Shown here: positions 62,625-64,000 of the stretch, one piece after another
Position numbering within the stretch: position 1 is the first letter of the stretch
How the letters are laid out: the number at the start of each line of letters is the position of its first letter
Source: Acidobacteriota bacterium
GTDB taxonomy: Bacteria; Acidobacteriota; Terriglobia; Versatilivoradales; Versatilivoraceae
Length of the DNA: 64,000 nt
NCBI GenBank assembly: GCA_022616615.1
Contig: JAKEER010000513.1
Location: 59,300 to 123,299, forward strand
Direction: 5' to 3'
Translations under genes and position numbers: made by a program
Notes under the pieces: model-generated
What the model was told of the DNA's origin: nothing
Seen by the model: the letters and a program-made list of their open reading frames with translations, nothing else
Database searches by the model: none

Positions 62625-64000
62625 ATGCTGGCGAGAATCAACTGGTACTGCTTACGCTTCACAGTTGTTGTACTGTTTGCTGGGGGCTTGCTGCAGGGCA
62701 GTGTCCCGGCTGCTGATGTCACGTTCAACAAAGATATCGTCCGAATCCTCCAAAGCCGTTGTCAGGCCTGCCATCGGCCAGGAGAAATTGGACCGATGCC
62801 ATTGCTCACCTATCGCCAAGTGCGTCCGTGGGCAAAGGCTATCAGAGAGGTAGTGCTTACTAGGCGTATGCCCCCATGGTTTGCAGCACCTGAGCATGGG
62901 AAATTTGTGAATGACACATCTCTCTCCAAGGGTGAGATTGATAAACTTGCCACTTGGGTCAGCTCCGGAGCGCCAGAGGGAGACCCGAGCGACCTTCCCC
63001 CCGAAAAGGTATTTACGCACGGTTGGAACCTTGGCGTCCCGGATGTCGTTTTCGAGCTGCCTCAATACACAGTTCCAGCCTCAGGAGTCATTGAATATAC
63101 CTCGTTCGTGATCCCAACTGGCTTCACCGAAGACAAGTGGGTTGAGCAATTGGAGTTGCGTCCCGGCGACCGCTCAGTCGTACATCACGCAGGTGTCACG
63201 ATACGGGAAGTCGGTGACAGTTGGCTACGACAGGCGCCTATTGGGCAACCTTTTACAAAAACGGCATCGGAGGGCAAGAAAGCCAGAGATACCAGCGATA
63301 AAGCCAAAGAGCCCAGCGACGCACATTTCGGTCCAGAACTACTCATGGTCTATTTGCCGGGCGGCACAACCGAGCCGCCGGGTCCTGGGCGGGCTAAGCT
63401 CATTAAGGCTGGCTCGGATCTTATTTTCACGATTCACTACACGCCGAATGGGAAGCCCACTATAGATCGCACACGTTTGGGCTTGACTTTCGCCAAGGAA
63501 CCACCCGCTGAGCGAGTGGTTACGTTTGCGGCAGTCAATCAAAAGTTGGCAATTCCGCCTGGTGATCCGAATTATCGTTTGGATACCCGCGCGATCCTTA
63601 GGGAACCGGCGAAGTTGATCGGCTTCTTCCCCCATATGCACCTTCGTGGGAAGGCGTTTGAATATCGCGTGGTCTCTCCAAGAGGCGAGTCGACAACTGT
63701 CTTGAAAGTACCCCGCTACGACTTCAACTGGCAGCTGTACTATAAGCTAGAAGAGCCTTTGCTGCTCGAGGCCGGAAGCCGCTTGGAAGCGACAGCATGG
63801 TATGACAACTCTCCGAACAACCCATTCAACCCCGATCCGAAGGTGGAAGTACGTTGGGGAGCCCAGACCTGGGATGAAATGATGGGGGCTGGTTTCGACT
63901 TGGCGATTAAGACACACCAAGATCCAACGTCGTTGTTCACCCGGAAAACAAAATACATTATCGAGCCTGAGGACGACGAACTGCAATGCCTTTCGGGAAG
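62625..64000 (+). CDS. Exported cytochrome c plus copper type II (PHM/DBH-like) monooxygenase protein, runs off window
   Basis: Manual translation from ATG 62625: VTFNKDIVRILQSRCQACHRPG, MPPW, VVHH, FPHMHLRGK, YDFNWQ, WDEMM. No stop before 64000. Confidence 0.88.
   Translation, partial: MLARINWYCLRFTVVVLFAGGLLQGSVPAADVTFNKDIVRILQSRCQACHRPGEIGPMPLLTYRQVRPWAKAIREVVLTRRMPPWFAAPEHGKFVNDTSLSKGEIDKLATWVSSGAPEGDPSDLPPEKVFTHGWNLGVPDVVFELPQYTVPASGVIEYTSFVIPTGFTEDKWVEQLELRPGDRSVVHHAGVTIREVGDSWLRQAPIGQPFTKTASEGKKARDTSDKAKEPSDAHFGPELLMVYLPGGTTEPPGPGRAKLIKAGSDLIFTIHYTPNGKPTIDRTRLGLTFAKEPPAERVVTFAAVNQKLAIPPGDPNYRLDTRAILREPAKLIGFFPHMHLRGKAFEYRVVSPRGESTTVLKVPRYDFNWQLYYKLEEPLLLEAGSRLEATAWYDNSPNNPFNPDPKVEVRWGAQTWDEMMGAGFDLAIKTHQDPTSLFTRKTKYIIEPEDDELQCLSG

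Noticed and set aside
1-64000. CRISPR array or rRNA
   Set aside because: No regularly spaced direct repeats, cas genes or rRNA signatures were seen. TPR, YVTN and Asp-box repeats are protein-level.

Overview
Bacterial accessory region, most likely Acidobacteriota. That assignment is inferred from the Oar-like TonB-dependent receptors, the long TPR proteins and the DUF1549/DUF1553/DUF1501 modules. From left to right: (1) a GntR regulator divergent from TPR, TPR-DUF1326 and Tat sulfite-oxidase-family genes plus a TonB receptor, all sharing TTGTNNACAA operators; (2) a decaying glycan-utilisation locus (GH95-like pseudogene, GH95-like gene, two GH-like genes with lesions) ending near a tRNA-Pro 3' remnant; (3) a cytochrome c-DUF1549-DUF1553/DUF1501 pair, an RhaT-like transporter and a beta-propeller; (4) an organic-acid catabolic operon (CitE lyase, E2, enolase-superfamily enzyme, MaoC, CaiB, E1-beta, E1-alpha) split by a lanthanide methanol dehydrogenase cassette (glcG-like, xoxF, xoxJ, cytochrome c-YVTN fusion). 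The cassette is flanked by 329-bp diverged direct repeats, and two REP-carrying MITEs sit at its left end; (5) a sialidase-like gene and a second DUF1501/DUF1553/PPC operon; (6) two paralogous TonB receptors, an XRE-cupin regulator, an ISNCY-like element and a cytochrome c-copper monooxygenase. The most notable hidden signals are a 15-bp operator exactly 8 nt upstream of TTGACA at four promoters (both DUF1553/DUF1501 operons and both right-hand TonB receptors) and the repeat-flanked xoxF cassette. All calls come from reading the sequence; no database searches were run.
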